A stretch of DNA of 59,211 bases. Origin: Actinomycetales bacterium (GTDB taxonomy: Bacteria > Actinomycetota > Actinomycetes > JAJZTN01). The notes beneath the pieces were generated by a model that saw only the letters and a list, made by a program, of their open reading frames with translations, did not search any database and was not told the DNA's origin. The stretch spans positions 1-59,211 of the forward strand of contig JBQCDV010000084.1 of the NCBI GenBank assembly GCA_051960855.1, written 5' to 3'. The translations under genes were made by a program, and so were the position numbers. Below are positions 1 to 12,242 of this stretch, in pieces. Every line of letters starts with the position of its first letter. Position 1 is the first letter of the stretch.

Positions 1-555
1 CCCTTCCACGTCGTGCGCCTGGCCGGTGACGCCCTCGACAGGTGCCGGCGCCGGGTCCAACTCGCGATCCACGGGCACCGTGGGTTCAGGGACGACCCGC
101 TCTACAAGTCGCGGCGCACGCTGCACACCGGCGCGGACCTGCTCACCAACAAGCAGAGCGACAGGCTACGCGCGCTGTTCGTTGATGACGCTCACGTCGA
201 GGTCGAGGCGACCTGGTGTGTCTACCAGCGCATGATCGCCGCCTATCGCCACGAGGACCGGCAACGTGGCCGCGAGCTCATGGAGAAGCTGATCACCGAC
301 CTCAGCGCCGGCGTCCCCAAGGTGCTCACCGAGCTCACCACCCTGGGCCGGACCCTGAAGAAGCGAGCCGCCGACGTGCTCGCCTACTTCGAACGACCCG
401 GCACCAGCAACGGGCCGACCGAGGCGCTCAACGGACGGCTCGAACACCTGCGCGGCTCCGCACTCGGGTTCCGCAACCTGACCAACTACATCGCCCGAAG
501 CCTGCTCGAGACCGGCGGCTTCAGACCCCAACTCCTACACCCCCGATTGGGATGA
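1..555 (+). CDS. ISL3-family transposase, C-terminal part (5' truncated by window)
   Basis: Frame begins PFHVVRLAGDALD; contains SNGPTEALNGRLEHLRGSALGFRNLTNY, the DDE_Tnp_ISL3 signature. Confidence 0.93.
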   Translation, partial: PFHVVRLAGDALDRCRRRVQLAIHGHRGFRDDPLYKSRRTLHTGADLLTNKQSDRLRALFVDDAHVEVEATWCVYQRMIAAYRHEDRQRGRELMEKLITDLSAGVPKVLTELTTLGRTLKKRAADVLAYFERPGTSNGPTEALNGRLEHLRGSALGFRNLTNYIARSLLETGGFRPQLLHPRLG

Positions 556-558
556 GCC
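1..558 (+). mobile_element. Right end of an ISL3-family insertion sequence (IS1096-like)
   Basis: Transposase C-terminus runs into the terminal repeat ...CCCCGATTGGGATGAGCC ending at 558, typical of ISL3 ends; the following 8 bp (GCTATCGT) is the candidate target duplication; left end is outside the window. Confidence 0.85.
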
Positions 559-570
559 GCTATCGTCATC

Positions 571-620
571 ACGACAGAAAAGGCCGGCACCTCAAAGGTG
601 CCGGCCCTTTCGTGTGTCGT
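571..620. terminator. Probable bidirectional intrinsic terminator
   Basis: GAAAAGGCCGGCACCT-CAA-AGGTGCCGGCCCTTTC hairpin extended by ACGACA/TGTCGT, between converging IS and hppD. Confidence 0.75.
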
Positions 621-630
621 ACCGCCGGTT

Positions 631-2560
<1,930 letters not shown>

Positions 2561-2654
2561 GACTCGCAAACCGAAACGACGCAGGCGTTTGAGTCGCTTG
2601 CTTTTCGGCAAGTGCTCAGGAGTCGAGAGCTGCACCCGACTTCTGGAGCGTGCC

Positions 2655-4457
2655 ATGACGCAGACCACCGCAGACTTCCTTCTCGCCCGCCTCCGGGAGT
2701 GGGGCGTGGATACCGTGTTCGGTTACGCCGGAGACGGCATCAACGGCATCCTGGCCGCCTGGGAGCGGGCCAAGGACGACCCCAAGTTCATCCAGGCGCG
2801 ACACGAGGAGCTCGCCGCCTTCGAGGCGTGCGCCTACGCGAAGTTCTCGGGCAAGCCCGGATTCGTCTTCGCGACGTCCGGCCCCGGAGCGATCCACACC
2901 CTCAACGGTCTCTACGACGCCAAGCTTGACCACGTGCCCGTCGTGGCCATCGTCGGACAGACCGCGCGCAGTGCGATGGGCGGTGCCTACCAGCAGGAGG
3001 TCGACCTGCAGAACCTCCTCAAGGACGTCGCCAACGAGTACTGCGTGACGGTCAGCTCGCCCAAGCAGCTGCCCAACGTGCTCGACCGCGCAATCCGAGT
3101 CGCGACCTCCCGTCGCACCGTCACGGCGCTGATCATCCACAGCGACGTGCAGGAGGAGGAGTACGTCGCGCCGACGCACGCCTTCAAGGAGGTCCCCTCC
3201 AGCCTGGGCATGACCTACGCGGCCCACGTCCCGCACGAGGACGACGTCAAGCGCGCGGCCGACGTGCTCAACGCCGGCTCCAAGGTGGCGATCCTGATTG
3301 GCCAGGGCGCCCGCGGGGCCAAGGAAGAGGTCATGCAGGTCGCCGAGACCCTCGGCGGTGGTGTGGCGAAGGCGCTGCTCGGCAAGGACTCCCTGCCGGA
3401 CACCCTCCCCTACGTCACGGGCTCCATCGGGCTGCTCGGGACCCGCCCGAGCTACGAGATGATGATGGACTGCGACACGCTGCTCGTCGTCGGGTCCAGT
3501 TTCCCGTACACGCAGTTCTTCCCGCCGCTCGACCAGGCTCGAGCCGTCCAGATCGACGCCGACCCCACGATGATCGGCATGCGCTACCCCTTCGAGGTCA
3601 ACCTCGTGGGAGACGCCAAGGCAACCCTGCAGCGTCTGCTGCCGCTGCTGCAGACCAAGAGCGACCGGAGCTGGCGCGACAAGATCGAGAGCGACGTCAA
3701 GCGCTGGTGGGAGGTCATGGAGCGCCGGGCCGCTGTGTCCGCCGACCCGATCAACCCGCAGCTGGTCTTCGCCGAGCTCTCGCCGCTGCTGCCCGACAAC
3801 GCCATTCTCGCCGCCGACTCGGGCTCGTCGGCGAACTGGTACGCCCGCCACATCAAGATGCGCGGCGACATGCGCGGGTCTCTCTCAGGCAACCTCGCCA
3901 CGATGTGCCCCGGCGCGCCCTACGTGACCGGTGCCAAGTTCGCCCACCCGGACCGTCCCGCGATCGGCTTCGTGGGCGACGGGGCCATGCAGATGCTCGG
4001 CATCAACGAGCTGATCACGATCAAGCACTACTGGCAGGACTGGCAGGACCCGCGGGCGATCATCGGCGTCCTCCACAACAACGACCTCAACCAGGTCACG
4101 TGGGAGATGCGAGCGATGGCCGGCTCGCCGGAGTTCCTGCCGTCGCAGCACCTGCCGTCGTTCCCCTTCGCCGACTACGCCCGCAGCCTGGGCTTCCTCG
4201 GGATCAAGGTGGACTCCCCCGAGGGCGTCAAGCCGGCCTGGGAGCAGGCGCTGGCGGCTGACCGGCCGACCCTGATCGAGTTCATGACCGACGCCTCGAT
4301 TCCGCCGATTCCGCCGCACGCGACCTGGGAGCAGATCGAGAAGGCGGGCAAGGCCGTGCTCGGCGGCGACGCCGACACCTGGGGCATGGTCAAGGAAGGC
4401 ATCAAGGAGAAGGTGCAGGACTTCCTGCCCGGTGGCCACTCGGAGGTCAAGCACTGA
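2655..4457 (+). CDS. Thiamine pyrophosphate-requiring enzyme (pyruvate oxidase/PoxB-like)
   Basis: VFGYAGDGIN, ARHEE, TSGPG, GDGAMQM...HNN TPP-binding motif. Confidence 0.9.
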   Translation: MTQTTADFLLARLREWGVDTVFGYAGDGINGILAAWERAKDDPKFIQARHEELAAFEACAYAKFSGKPGFVFATSGPGAIHTLNGLYDAKLDHVPVVAIVGQTARSAMGGAYQQEVDLQNLLKDVANEYCVTVSSPKQLPNVLDRAIRVATSRRTVTALIIHSDVQEEEYVAPTHAFKEVPSSLGMTYAAHVPHEDDVKRAADVLNAGSKVAILIGQGARGAKEEVMQVAETLGGGVAKALLGKDSLPDTLPYVTGSIGLLGTRPSYEMMMDCDTLLVVGSSFPYTQFFPPLDQARAVQIDADPTMIGMRYPFEVNLVGDAKATLQRLLPLLQTKSDRSWRDKIESDVKRWWEVMERRAAVSADPINPQLVFAELSPLLPDNAILAADSGSSANWYARHIKMRGDMRGSLSGNLATMCPGAPYVTGAKFAHPDRPAIGFVGDGAMQMLGINELITIKHYWQDWQDPRAIIGVLHNNDLNQVTWEMRAMAGSPEFLPSQHLPSFPFADYARSLGFLGIKVDSPEGVKPAWEQALAADRPTLIEFMTDASIPPIPPHATWEQIEKAGKAVLGGDADTWGMVKEGIKEKVQDFLPGGHSEVKH

Positions 4458-4918
4458 TGGCTCTGCTCACGTCACCTGGGCAGCGCCGGGAGCACCTGCT
4501 CGACCGCATGCTGCGCAACGTGCGCACGGGGCACTTCGAGCGATCGCTGTCGGCCCTCACGGCGGTGGGCTCGCTCGCAGTGTCTGGCGAGATCTGGATG
4601 GAGCACGACCGGGCTTCCTTCGGCAACACCTGGATGTGGCTGCCCGTCGTCATGGGGCCGGTTGGCGCGGCTGCCGGCATCGCCGGTGCCGTGAGCAAGC
4701 GCGCCGCGAAGACCGCCCTTCCGATTGCTAGTGCGGCGATTGTCGCGACCGGTGTGCAGGGCACCTACTTCCACGCTCGGGGCATCGCTCAGCGCCCGGG
4801 CGGCTGGAAGCTGCCGCGCTACAACGGCGAGATGGGGCCGCCCCCCATCGCCCCGCTGCTCATGACGATGGTCGGTGGCATGGGACTGCTCGCCGCCGTG
4901 CTGCGCCGGGAGCAGTGA
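4457..4918 (+). CDS. Small membrane protein of the TPP/GMC operon
   Basis: About four hydrophobic segments; TGATG overlap with the upstream gene. Confidence 0.75.
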   Translation: MALLTSPGQRREHLLDRMLRNVRTGHFERSLSALTAVGSLAVSGEIWMEHDRASFGNTWMWLPVVMGPVGAAAGIAGAVSKRAAKTALPIASAAIVATGVQGTYFHARGIAQRPGGWKLPRYNGEMGPPPIAPLLMTMVGGMGLLAAVLRREQ

Positions 4919-4921
4919 CCG

Positions 4922-5902
4922 ATGCGTCGACCCCGGGAGAAGGGCCGGACAGAGGCGTGGTCGCCGGGCACGACACCGGACGGCGCGCGACCGAGACAGC
5001 TCCACCACATCGTCCAGGGCCATCACACCGGTCAGACCCCCAACGGACGTCCGAGCCGCTTCCCTGGCTATGACGTCCTGCGGGAGGTCGACCGGTGGGA
5101 TGAGCCGACGCGACGGGTGGTGCTCGCCAGGTTGCAGCGTCCCGGCGCGCTCCGCTTCTTCACCCCGAAGGAGGCAGCGATCCTGCAGCCGCTCTCGGAC
5201 CTGGTCCTGGACCAGGACACCGAGCCGAGGGTGCCGATCGTCCCGGTCATCGACCAACGCATGGCCGACGGGGAGACCGACGGCTACCGCTTCGCCGACA
5301 TGCCCTCCGATCGCGAGGCGTGGCAGCGTTCCCTGGCGGCCCTCGACGAGATGGCTCGGGTGCGACGCGGCAACGGCTTCGCCGAGATCGACGACCTCCA
5401 GCGCTCGGAGCTGATCACCGAGATCGCCGAGGGCCGCGGCTCCGACGGCGCCGGTCACTTCGGCGACATGCCGTGCGAGCGAGTCTGGAACCTCTGGACT
5501 CGCTACCTGGTAGATGCCTTCTACCGGCATCCATGGTCCTGGAATGAGATCGGCTTCGGTGGCCCGGCCTATCCCCGCGGCTACAAGTCCGCGGGGGTGA
5601 ACAAGCGGGAGCCATGGGAGACCAAGGACGAGGGACTGCACTGGCCCTCATCGCTGCGCTCTGAACGGGTGGCGGCGGGCGACGAGCCGGAGTTCGACAT
5701 GGGGCCGCAGCACGCCAGCCAGGTCGCAGAGCTGCAGGAGCGGATGATCGACGGCTCGTCGGCCCTGCCGGCACCGCATCCGCATCCACCGGCAGGCGAC
5801 AAGCCGCTCGCGCACGCCAGCGACGACAGCGCCGACAACACGGCAGCGCAGGGCCCGGTTGCCACCGGCACTGACAGCAACGACAGCGAGGAGTCCGAGT
5901 GA
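4922..5902 (+). CDS. Gluconate 2-dehydrogenase subunit 3 family protein
   Basis: LRFFTPKEAAIL...FYRHPWSWNEIGFGGPAYPRGY; directly upstream of a GMC oxidoreductase. Confidence 0.8.
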   Translation: MRRPREKGRTEAWSPGTTPDGARPRQLHHIVQGHHTGQTPNGRPSRFPGYDVLREVDRWDEPTRRVVLARLQRPGALRFFTPKEAAILQPLSDLVLDQDTEPRVPIVPVIDQRMADGETDGYRFADMPSDREAWQRSLAALDEMARVRRGNGFAEIDDLQRSELITEIAEGRGSDGAGHFGDMPCERVWNLWTRYLVDAFYRHPWSWNEIGFGGPAYPRGYKSAGVNKREPWETKDEGLHWPSSLRSERVAAGDEPEFDMGPQHASQVAELQERMIDGSSALPAPHPHPPAGDKPLAHASDDSADNTAAQGPVATGTDSNDSEESE

Positions 5903-5915
5903 GAGGGGCGATTTC

Positions 5916-7604
5916 ATGAACAGCGTCCGCCGGCGCAACGAGTCGGCGTGGCTGCTTCCCCTCGACGGGACGCGGACCAACTGGGACCTGCGCGACAGTA
6001 TGCGTCGCTATGACGAGAACGACGAGGTCGACCTCGTCATCGTCGGCGCTGGCGCCGGGGGCGGCACCCTCGCCCAGCGGATGGCGCGGGCTGGATGGAA
6101 GGTCGTCGTCCTCGAGGCTGGGCCCTTCTGGGATCCCGACCGCGACTGGGTGAGCGACGAGGCCGGTGCCCGTGACCTCTACTGGATCGAGACGCGGGTC
6201 ATCGACGGCAACAACCCCGTCGAGATGGGCAGCAACAACTCCGGCCGCGGAGTCGGCGGCTCGATGGTGCACTACGCCGGCTACACCCCGCGCTTCCATC
6301 CCTCCGACTTCGAGACCAAGACACGCGACGGTGTCGGCCAGGACTGGCCCATCAGCTACTGGGACCTCAAGCCGTACTACGAGGCCATCGAGCAGGAGCT
6401 GCCGGTGGCCGGTCAGGACTGGCCCTGGGGTGACCCGCACAGCTACCCGCAGTCGCCCCACCCGATCGGCGGCAACGGCGACATCCTGATGCGCGGGTTC
6501 CTCAACGCCGGCATCGACGTCCGGGTCGGCCCCGTCGCGATCAGCAACGGGCGCTTCGGCCACCGCCCGCACTGCATCTACCGCGGCTTCTGCCTGCAGG
6601 GCTGCAAGGTCAACGCCAAGGCCTCCCCGCTGATCACTCACATCCCCGATGCGCTGAAGCACGGCGCGGAGGTGCGTCCGGCGTCGTTCGCGACCCGGGT
6701 GCTCGTCGACGCGAGCACCAATCTCGCGACGGGCGTCGAGTACGTCGACGAGATGACCGGGCACGTGCATCGTCAGCGCGCCCGGCATGTCGCCGTCGCG
6801 GGCTACTCCATCGAGACGCCCCGACTGCTGCTCAACAGCGCGACCGACGCTCATCCCGACGGCCTCGGCAACGGCCACGACCTGCTCGGGCGCTACCTGA
6901 TGGTGCAGGGAGCACCGCAGATCGCCGGCCGGTTCGATGAGGAGATCCGGTCCTACAAGGCGCCGCCGCCCTCGATCTCGTCCGAGGCCTTCTACGAGAC
7001 CCAGCCGGACAAGCCCTACAAGCGCGGGTTCTCGCTGCAGACGGTGTCACCGCTGCCGATCCAGTGGGCCAAGCACTGGACGGGACGCGGCATGTGGGGA
7101 CGGCCGCTGCGGGAGAACGCGACGGACTTCGTGCACTGGGCGACCATGGGCGCGCTGTGCGAGTTCCTGCCGCTGCCGGACAACCGGGTCACTCTCGACG
7201 AGGAGAAGGACCGCCGCGGCATTCCGGTGGCCCGCTTCACCTACTCGCGGTGCGAGAACGACGAGAAGCTGATGGGCGCGGCCACCAAGGTCATCACCGA
7301 GATCATGAACGCCGCGGGCGGCTCGAACGTGATGACCAGCGACCGCGTCGCCCACCTCGTCGGCGGCGCCCGCATGGGGGCTGACGCGACGCAGGGGGTC
7401 GTGGGTCCGGACCACCGGATGTTCGACTGCCCCAACGTGCTCATCGTCGACGGCAGCGTCCTGCCGACTCAGGGAAGCGCGAACCCGGCCCTGACCATCA
7501 TGGCGCTCGCGGCCCGGTGCGCCGACCTGCTCGTCGCCGGCGGGCGATCCGGCGCCCGGGTGCCGGAGACCTCCCGAACGACGTCGTCGGTAGGTGCGGC
7601 ATGA
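5916..7604 (+). CDS. GMC family FAD oxidoreductase
   Basis: IVGAGAGG Rossmann motif, GVGGS, CxxxxxCxxxC, ETPRLLLNS, AHLVGGARMG, SANPALT. Confidence 0.93.
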   Translation: MNSVRRRNESAWLLPLDGTRTNWDLRDSMRRYDENDEVDLVIVGAGAGGGTLAQRMARAGWKVVVLEAGPFWDPDRDWVSDEAGARDLYWIETRVIDGNNPVEMGSNNSGRGVGGSMVHYAGYTPRFHPSDFETKTRDGVGQDWPISYWDLKPYYEAIEQELPVAGQDWPWGDPHSYPQSPHPIGGNGDILMRGFLNAGIDVRVGPVAISNGRFGHRPHCIYRGFCLQGCKVNAKASPLITHIPDALKHGAEVRPASFATRVLVDASTNLATGVEYVDEMTGHVHRQRARHVAVAGYSIETPRLLLNSATDAHPDGLGNGHDLLGRYLMVQGAPQIAGRFDEEIRSYKAPPPSISSEAFYETQPDKPYKRGFSLQTVSPLPIQWAKHWTGRGMWGRPLRENATDFVHWATMGALCEFLPLPDNRVTLDEEKDRRGIPVARFTYSRCENDEKLMGAATKVITEIMNAAGGSNVMTSDRVAHLVGGARMGADATQGVVGPDHRMFDCPNVLIVDGSVLPTQGSANPALTIMALAARCADLLVAGGRSGARVPETSRTTSSVGAA

Positions 7605-8734
7605 GCGGCACGCAGGGTCGCGCAAGCGTCACGGACGCGACGATCGACGACCTGAGCGTCGAGGTCTACACCGTCCCGACCGACAGCCCGGAGGCTGACG
7701 GCACGATGACGTGGGACAAGACCACGATGGTCCTGGTCCGCGCCCGGTCTGGTGACACCGAGGGCATCGGCTACACCTACGCCTCGCCGGCCTGTCGGCC
7801 GCTCATCGAGGGCGCGCTCCGCGACCAGGTGCTGCACCGGCCGGCGCTCGACACGACCGGCGCCTGGGTGGCGGTGCAGCGGCAGCTGCGCAACATCGGC
7901 CGTCCAGGCATCGGCAGCTGCGCGCTGTCAGCGATCGACATCGCGCTGCACGACCTCAAGGGCCGGCTGCTCGGCGTCCCCGTCGCCGACCTGCTGGGGC
8001 GTTGCTTCGAGGACGTCAAGGTCTACGGCAGCGGCGGCTTCACGACCTACGACGACGAGCGCACCGTCGAGCAGATGCGGCACTGGGCCAAGGAGCAGGC
8101 CATCCCCCGCGTCAAGCTCAAGATCGGTGAGTCGTGGGGCAGCCGCGAGCAGCGCGACCTGCACCGGGTGGAGCTGGTGCGCTCGGTCGTCGGCGACGAG
8201 GTCGAGGTCTTCGTCGATGCCAACGGCGGCTACACGGTCGGCCAGGCTGTGCGGATGGGGCGCCGCTACGACGCGCTGGGCGTCACCTGGTTCGAGGAGC
8301 CTGTCAGCAGCGACGACCTCGCCGGTCTGCACGAGATCCGCGGGCAGATCACGGCCGATGTCGCGGCCGGGGAGTACGGCTACGACCTCGTCTACTTCGA
8401 CCGGATGATCGACGCCCGGGCGGTGGACTGCCTGCAGGTCGATGTCACCCGGTGCGGCGGCTACACGGAGTGGTTCCGTATCGCCGCCGTCGCCGCCGGC
8501 TCCGGGCTGCAGGTATCGGCGCACTGCGCCCCCAACCTCGCAGCACATCCGGGAGTGGCGACGCCGAACGTGCGGCACCTGGAGTGGTTCCACGACCACG
8601 TGCGGATTGAGGAGCTGTTCTTCGAAGGCACGCTCGACCCGCAGGGCGGCACCGTGACCCCGAGCCGGGAGCGCCCGGGTCTGGGCCTCACGCTGCGCAC
8701 CGACGAGGCGGCCCGCTACGCCGTTCGGGAATGA
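7601..8734 (+). CDS. Mandelate racemase/muconate lactonizing enzyme family protein
   Basis: SAIDIALHDL, KLK, VDAN, WFEEP, AGE, SAH enolase-superfamily motifs; ATGA overlap. Confidence 0.92.
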   Translation: MSGTQGRASVTDATIDDLSVEVYTVPTDSPEADGTMTWDKTTMVLVRARSGDTEGIGYTYASPACRPLIEGALRDQVLHRPALDTTGAWVAVQRQLRNIGRPGIGSCALSAIDIALHDLKGRLLGVPVADLLGRCFEDVKVYGSGGFTTYDDERTVEQMRHWAKEQAIPRVKLKIGESWGSREQRDLHRVELVRSVVGDEVEVFVDANGGYTVGQAVRMGRRYDALGVTWFEEPVSSDDLAGLHEIRGQITADVAAGEYGYDLVYFDRMIDARAVDCLQVDVTRCGGYTEWFRIAAVAAGSGLQVSAHCAPNLAAHPGVATPNVRHLEWFHDHVRIEELFFEGTLDPQGGTVTPSRERPGLGLTLRTDEAARYAVRE

Positions 8735-8823
8735 CGGGGATCGCCTCGCGTCCCGGGAAGTCTCCCGGGACGCGAGGCGTTGGACCCAGTAGCAAGCACG
8801 CAGTCACGCAGGAAGGGGCCGTC

Positions 8824-9207
8824 ATGGCCACCGTTGCACTGACCACCGAGACCCACGACGAGACCGTCAAGGACGGGCTCGTGCTCATCGACTTCTGGGC
8901 TTCCTGGTGCGGCCCGTGCCGTCAGTTCGCGCCCGTGTTCGAGGCCGCCTCGGAGCGCCACCCGGACGCGACGTTCGCGAAGGTCGACACCGAGGACCAG
9001 CAGCAGCTCGCCGCCGCGTACGGCATCACCTCGATCCCGACGCTGGTGATCTACCGCGACGGCATCCCGCTGTTCGGTCAGCCGGGGGCTCTGCCGGAGA
9101 ACGCGCTCGAGGACCTCATCACCCAGGCCAAGGGCCTGGACATGGACGAGGTCCGCAAGCAGGTCGAGGCCACCGAGAGCGAGCACGCGCACAGCCACAA
9201 CGCCTGA
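8824..9207 (+). CDS. trxA: Thioredoxin
   Basis: DFWASWCGPC active site and SIPT cis-Pro motif. Confidence 0.93.
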   Translation: MATVALTTETHDETVKDGLVLIDFWASWCGPCRQFAPVFEAASERHPDATFAKVDTEDQQQLAAAYGITSIPTLVIYRDGIPLFGQPGALPENALEDLITQAKGLDMDEVRKQVEATESEHAHSHNA

Positions 9208-9249
9208 GTCATCAGGCCCTGAGGCTCTCGCCTCGCTCACATCGACGAA

Positions 9250-9286
9250 CGACGCCGTCGTCGCCCCTCGGGGCGCGGCGGCGTCG
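9250..9286. terminator. GC-rich hairpin between converging trxA and helicase
   Basis: CGACGCCGTCG-T-CGCCCC-TC-GGGGCG-CGGCGGCGTCG. Confidence 0.5.
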
Positions 9287-9359
9287 GCGTCTGCGGCTAG
9301 CGCGCGAGTGTGTCCTCGGCAGTCATGAGCACTCCGTCGTCATTGGCAGGCGTGCAGCG

Positions 9360-11123
9360 TCAGCGCCGGCCGACGGCCCAGCCGCGGACCGTGTCGATGC
9401 GAGCCTGGAGCTGCTCGGCGGTGGCGCGGGCCGTCGGCGGCCCGCCGCACGCCCTCACGAGCTCGGCGTGGATGGTGCCGTGCGGCTGGCCGGTCTTGTG
9501 GTGCCAGGCGCCGACCAGGCCGTTGAGCTCTCGCCGGAGTGCGGCGAGACGCTGGTGGGTGGCGCGTTCGGCAGCTGGGTCCGGAGTGGCAGCCGGTGCC
9601 GCGACCGCCGCTCGCTGCTGGTGCTTGCTCTGGCGGGCCTGCAGCAGCCGGGTCACCTGGTCGGGCTCGAGCAGGCCGGGCAGCCCGAGGAAGTCCTGCT
9701 CCTCCTCGGAGCCGGCCATCCCGCCGGAGCCGAACTCCCCGCCATCGAAGAGCACCCGGTCGAAACTCGCCTCGGAGTCCAACGCCTCGAAGCTGAGCTG
9801 GTCCCCGCCCGAGGGAAGGTCCTGCTGCCTGTTGGCGGCGGCCAGCAGGTCGTCCTCTGGGGCGAAGATGCCCTCGTCCTCGGAGCGCTTGCGGTCGAGG
9901 GCGTGGTCGCGCTCGACCTCCATCTCCCCGGCGAAGCGCAACAGCGGCGTCACGCTGGGCAGGAAGACACTCGCGGTCTCTCCTCGCTTGCGTGCACGCA
10001 CGAAGCGGCCGACAGCCTGGGCGAAGAAGAGCGGGGTCGCGATGCTCGTGGCATAGACGCCGACCGCGAGCCTCGGGACGTCCACCCCCTCCGACACCAT
10101 CCGCACCGCCACCATCCAGCGGTCCTCGGAGTCGGCGAAGGCGGCGATCCGCGAGCTCGCCTTCGGGTCATCGGAGAGCACGACGGCCGGACGGGTGCCG
10201 GTGATCTCCTTGAGCAGGGCAGCGTAGGCACGCGCTTTGGTCTGGTCGCTGGCGATGACGAGGCCGGCCGCGTCAGGCATGTGACGGCGCACCTCAGTCA
10301 GGCGGGTGTCAGCGGCCTTGAGGACGCTGGGGATCCAGTTGCCCTTCGGGTCCAGGGCGGTGCGCCACGCCTGGTTGGTGAGGTCCTTGGTGAGCGGCTC
10401 GGCAAGGCTGGCCGCCACCTCGTCGCCGGCGGAGGTGCGCCACCGCATCTGCCCGGAGTAGGCAAGGAAGATGACCGGACGCACCACGCTGTCGCGCAGA
10501 GCGTTGCCGTAGCCGTAGGTGTAGTCGGCGGCCGAGCGGCGGATGCCGTCGGGGCCGGGCACGTAGCTGACGAACGGGATCGGGTTGGTGTCGGAGCGGA
10601 AGGGCGTGCCGGTCAGTGCGAGGCGCCGCGTCGCTGGCTCGAACGCCTCCCGCGTCGCCTCCCCCCAGGACAGGGCGTCTCCGGCGTGGTGGATCTCGTC
10701 GAGGATCACAAGAGTGCGCCGCGACTCGACTCGGCGGCGGTGGCGCATCGGGTGGGCGGCGACTCCGGCGTAGGTGACGGCCACGCCGAGGTAGTCCGCT
10801 GACAGCCCCTCGGTCCCCCCCGACGGGTCGAGCCGGATGCCAACGCGGTGGGCGGCCTCCGCCCACTGCGTCTTCAGATGCTCGGTCGGCGTCACCACCG
10901 TGACCGCCGAGATGATTCCGCGGTGCAGCAGCTCAGCTGCCACCCGCAGTGCGAACGTCGTCTTGCCCGCCCCCGGCGTCGCCACCGCGAGGAAGTCCCG
11001 GGGCAGGTCACGCAGGTAGCGGTCCAGCGCCTCCTGCTGCCATGCGCGCAGCGCACCGGCGGTGCCCCACGGTGCGCGGAGGGGATATGACGGTGGGAGC
11101 GAGGAGGCGGCTGAGGTACTCAC
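9360..11123 (-). CDS. SF2 DEAD/DEAH-box helicase (conserved actinobacterial family)
   Basis: LRAWQ, ATPGAGKT, LDEIHH, LTGTP, MVSEGVDVP, QAVGRFVR. Confidence 0.92.
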   Translation of the reverse strand: MSTSAASSLPPSYPLRAPWGTAGALRAWQQEALDRYLRDLPRDFLAVATPGAGKTTFALRVAAELLHRGIISAVTVVTPTEHLKTQWAEAAHRVGIRLDPSGGTEGLSADYLGVAVTYAGVAAHPMRHRRRVESRRTLVILDEIHHAGDALSWGEATREAFEPATRRLALTGTPFRSDTNPIPFVSYVPGPDGIRRSAADYTYGYGNALRDSVVRPVIFLAYSGQMRWRTSAGDEVAASLAEPLTKDLTNQAWRTALDPKGNWIPSVLKAADTRLTEVRRHMPDAAGLVIASDQTKARAYAALLKEITGTRPAVVLSDDPKASSRIAAFADSEDRWMVAVRMVSEGVDVPRLAVGVYATSIATPLFFAQAVGRFVRARKRGETASVFLPSVTPLLRFAGEMEVERDHALDRKRSEDEGIFAPEDDLLAAANRQQDLPSGGDQLSFEALDSEASFDRVLFDGGEFGSGGMAGSEEEQDFLGLPGLLEPDQVTRLLQARQSKHQQRAAVAAPAATPDPAAERATHQRLAALRRELNGLVGAWHHKTGQPHGTIHAELVRACGGPPTARATAEQLQARIDTVRGWAVGRR

Positions 11124-11191
11124 GGCCCGCCGAGGTTATCCCGGTTCGTCCGGCGACATGCCGAGCGGCTCGAGGTGCTTGACGAGATTTC

Positions 11192-11497
11192 CTAGCTCTC
11201 GTCGCCGCCGTCGGGCAGGCCCTCGTAGATCTCCTTGCACTCCGGGCAGACGGGGTAACGGTTGGGGTCGCGGGACGGCACCCACACCTTGCCGCAGAGG
11301 GCGCGGATAGGAGTGCCGGTGACCATCGCCTCGACGATCTGGTCCTTGGGTGCGTAGTGGGCGAACCGCTCGTGGTCGCCGTCGTCGGTGGGGCGAAGAC
11401 GCGTCTCCTCCTCGACGAGGGTTCCCGTGCCACCTCCGGGCGAGTCCCAGAGCGGGTCGAGACCGGGGCCGCCGGGACCCTCCGGCGCCGAAGTCAT
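11192..11497 (-). CDS. DUF3039 domain protein
   Basis: GDHERFAHY...ALCGKVWVPSRDP...PVCPECKEIY; typical partner of this helicase; start uncertain. Confidence 0.85.
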   Translation of the reverse strand: MTSAPEGPGGPGLDPLWDSPGGGTGTLVEEETRLRPTDDGDHERFAHYAPKDQIVEAMVTGTPIRALCGKVWVPSRDPNRYPVCPECKEIYEGLPDGGDES

Positions 11498-11735
11498 AGC
11501 TGGCACGGCCACCACGCGTGCGGGGGCGGCGGACGACGGACGGGCAGCGGGCCGGGCGGCGTTCATCGGGCCAGGATAGGTCGCCTCGCCGCTTCCGTCG
11601 ACGGTCCACAGCCGGCCCGCCGTGGGGGTCTCATCCACAGGCAACCCGTCGCCACGCGACTCGTCACCGACTCACTCCTAGCGTCGGCCGTGGCGCCGGG
11701 CTGGTGCCGCAGAGATGGTGTCGAGAGGAGACGGC

Positions 11736-12242
11736 GTGGACGAGGCGCGCGAGACGGCATGGCTGGACCAGGAGGACGCCGAGGTGACGTCGGTGATCCG
11801 CCGCTGCGGCTGGCACATCTGCTACGTCTTCGGCGGCTGCAGCTTCCCTGGCTGCCCCTGTTGGGACCCCGAGGAGGGACCGGCGTTCGCCTACACGACC
11901 GGGCTGTTCGGTCTGGGTCATCCCGAGCTGCTCGTGTTCGGCCTACCCGCGAGCCTGGCGCAGGCCCTGCTCAACGAGGTCGGCGAGCGCATCCGGAGCG
12001 GGGAGGACCTGGTGCCCGGCCTCGAGTACCAGGTCGGCAGCTGGGAGCGGCCTTTCACGCCGGAGTCGGTCCCCAACGCCGGCGCCATCGCCTTCACCGC
12101 CAACCGGCACTACGGGCGGCCACCACAGTTCTCGGTGCCGCTGCTCCAGCTGAGCTATCCCGACGAGGCGGGGCGCTACCCATGGCAGCCGGGCTACGTG
12201 CGCGCGGGGTCCCAGCCGCGGCCGGGCACGTTCTCCGCGTGA
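11736..12242 (+). CDS. DUF4262 domain protein
   Basis: IRRCGWHI..., FAYTTGLFGLGHPELLVFGL, QLSYPDEAGRYPW; GAGGAG RBS before GTG. Confidence 0.82.
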   Translation: MDEARETAWLDQEDAEVTSVIRRCGWHICYVFGGCSFPGCPCWDPEEGPAFAYTTGLFGLGHPELLVFGLPASLAQALLNEVGERIRSGEDLVPGLEYQVGSWERPFTPESVPNAGAIAFTANRHYGRPPQFSVPLLQLSYPDEAGRYPWQPGYVRAGSQPRPGTFSA

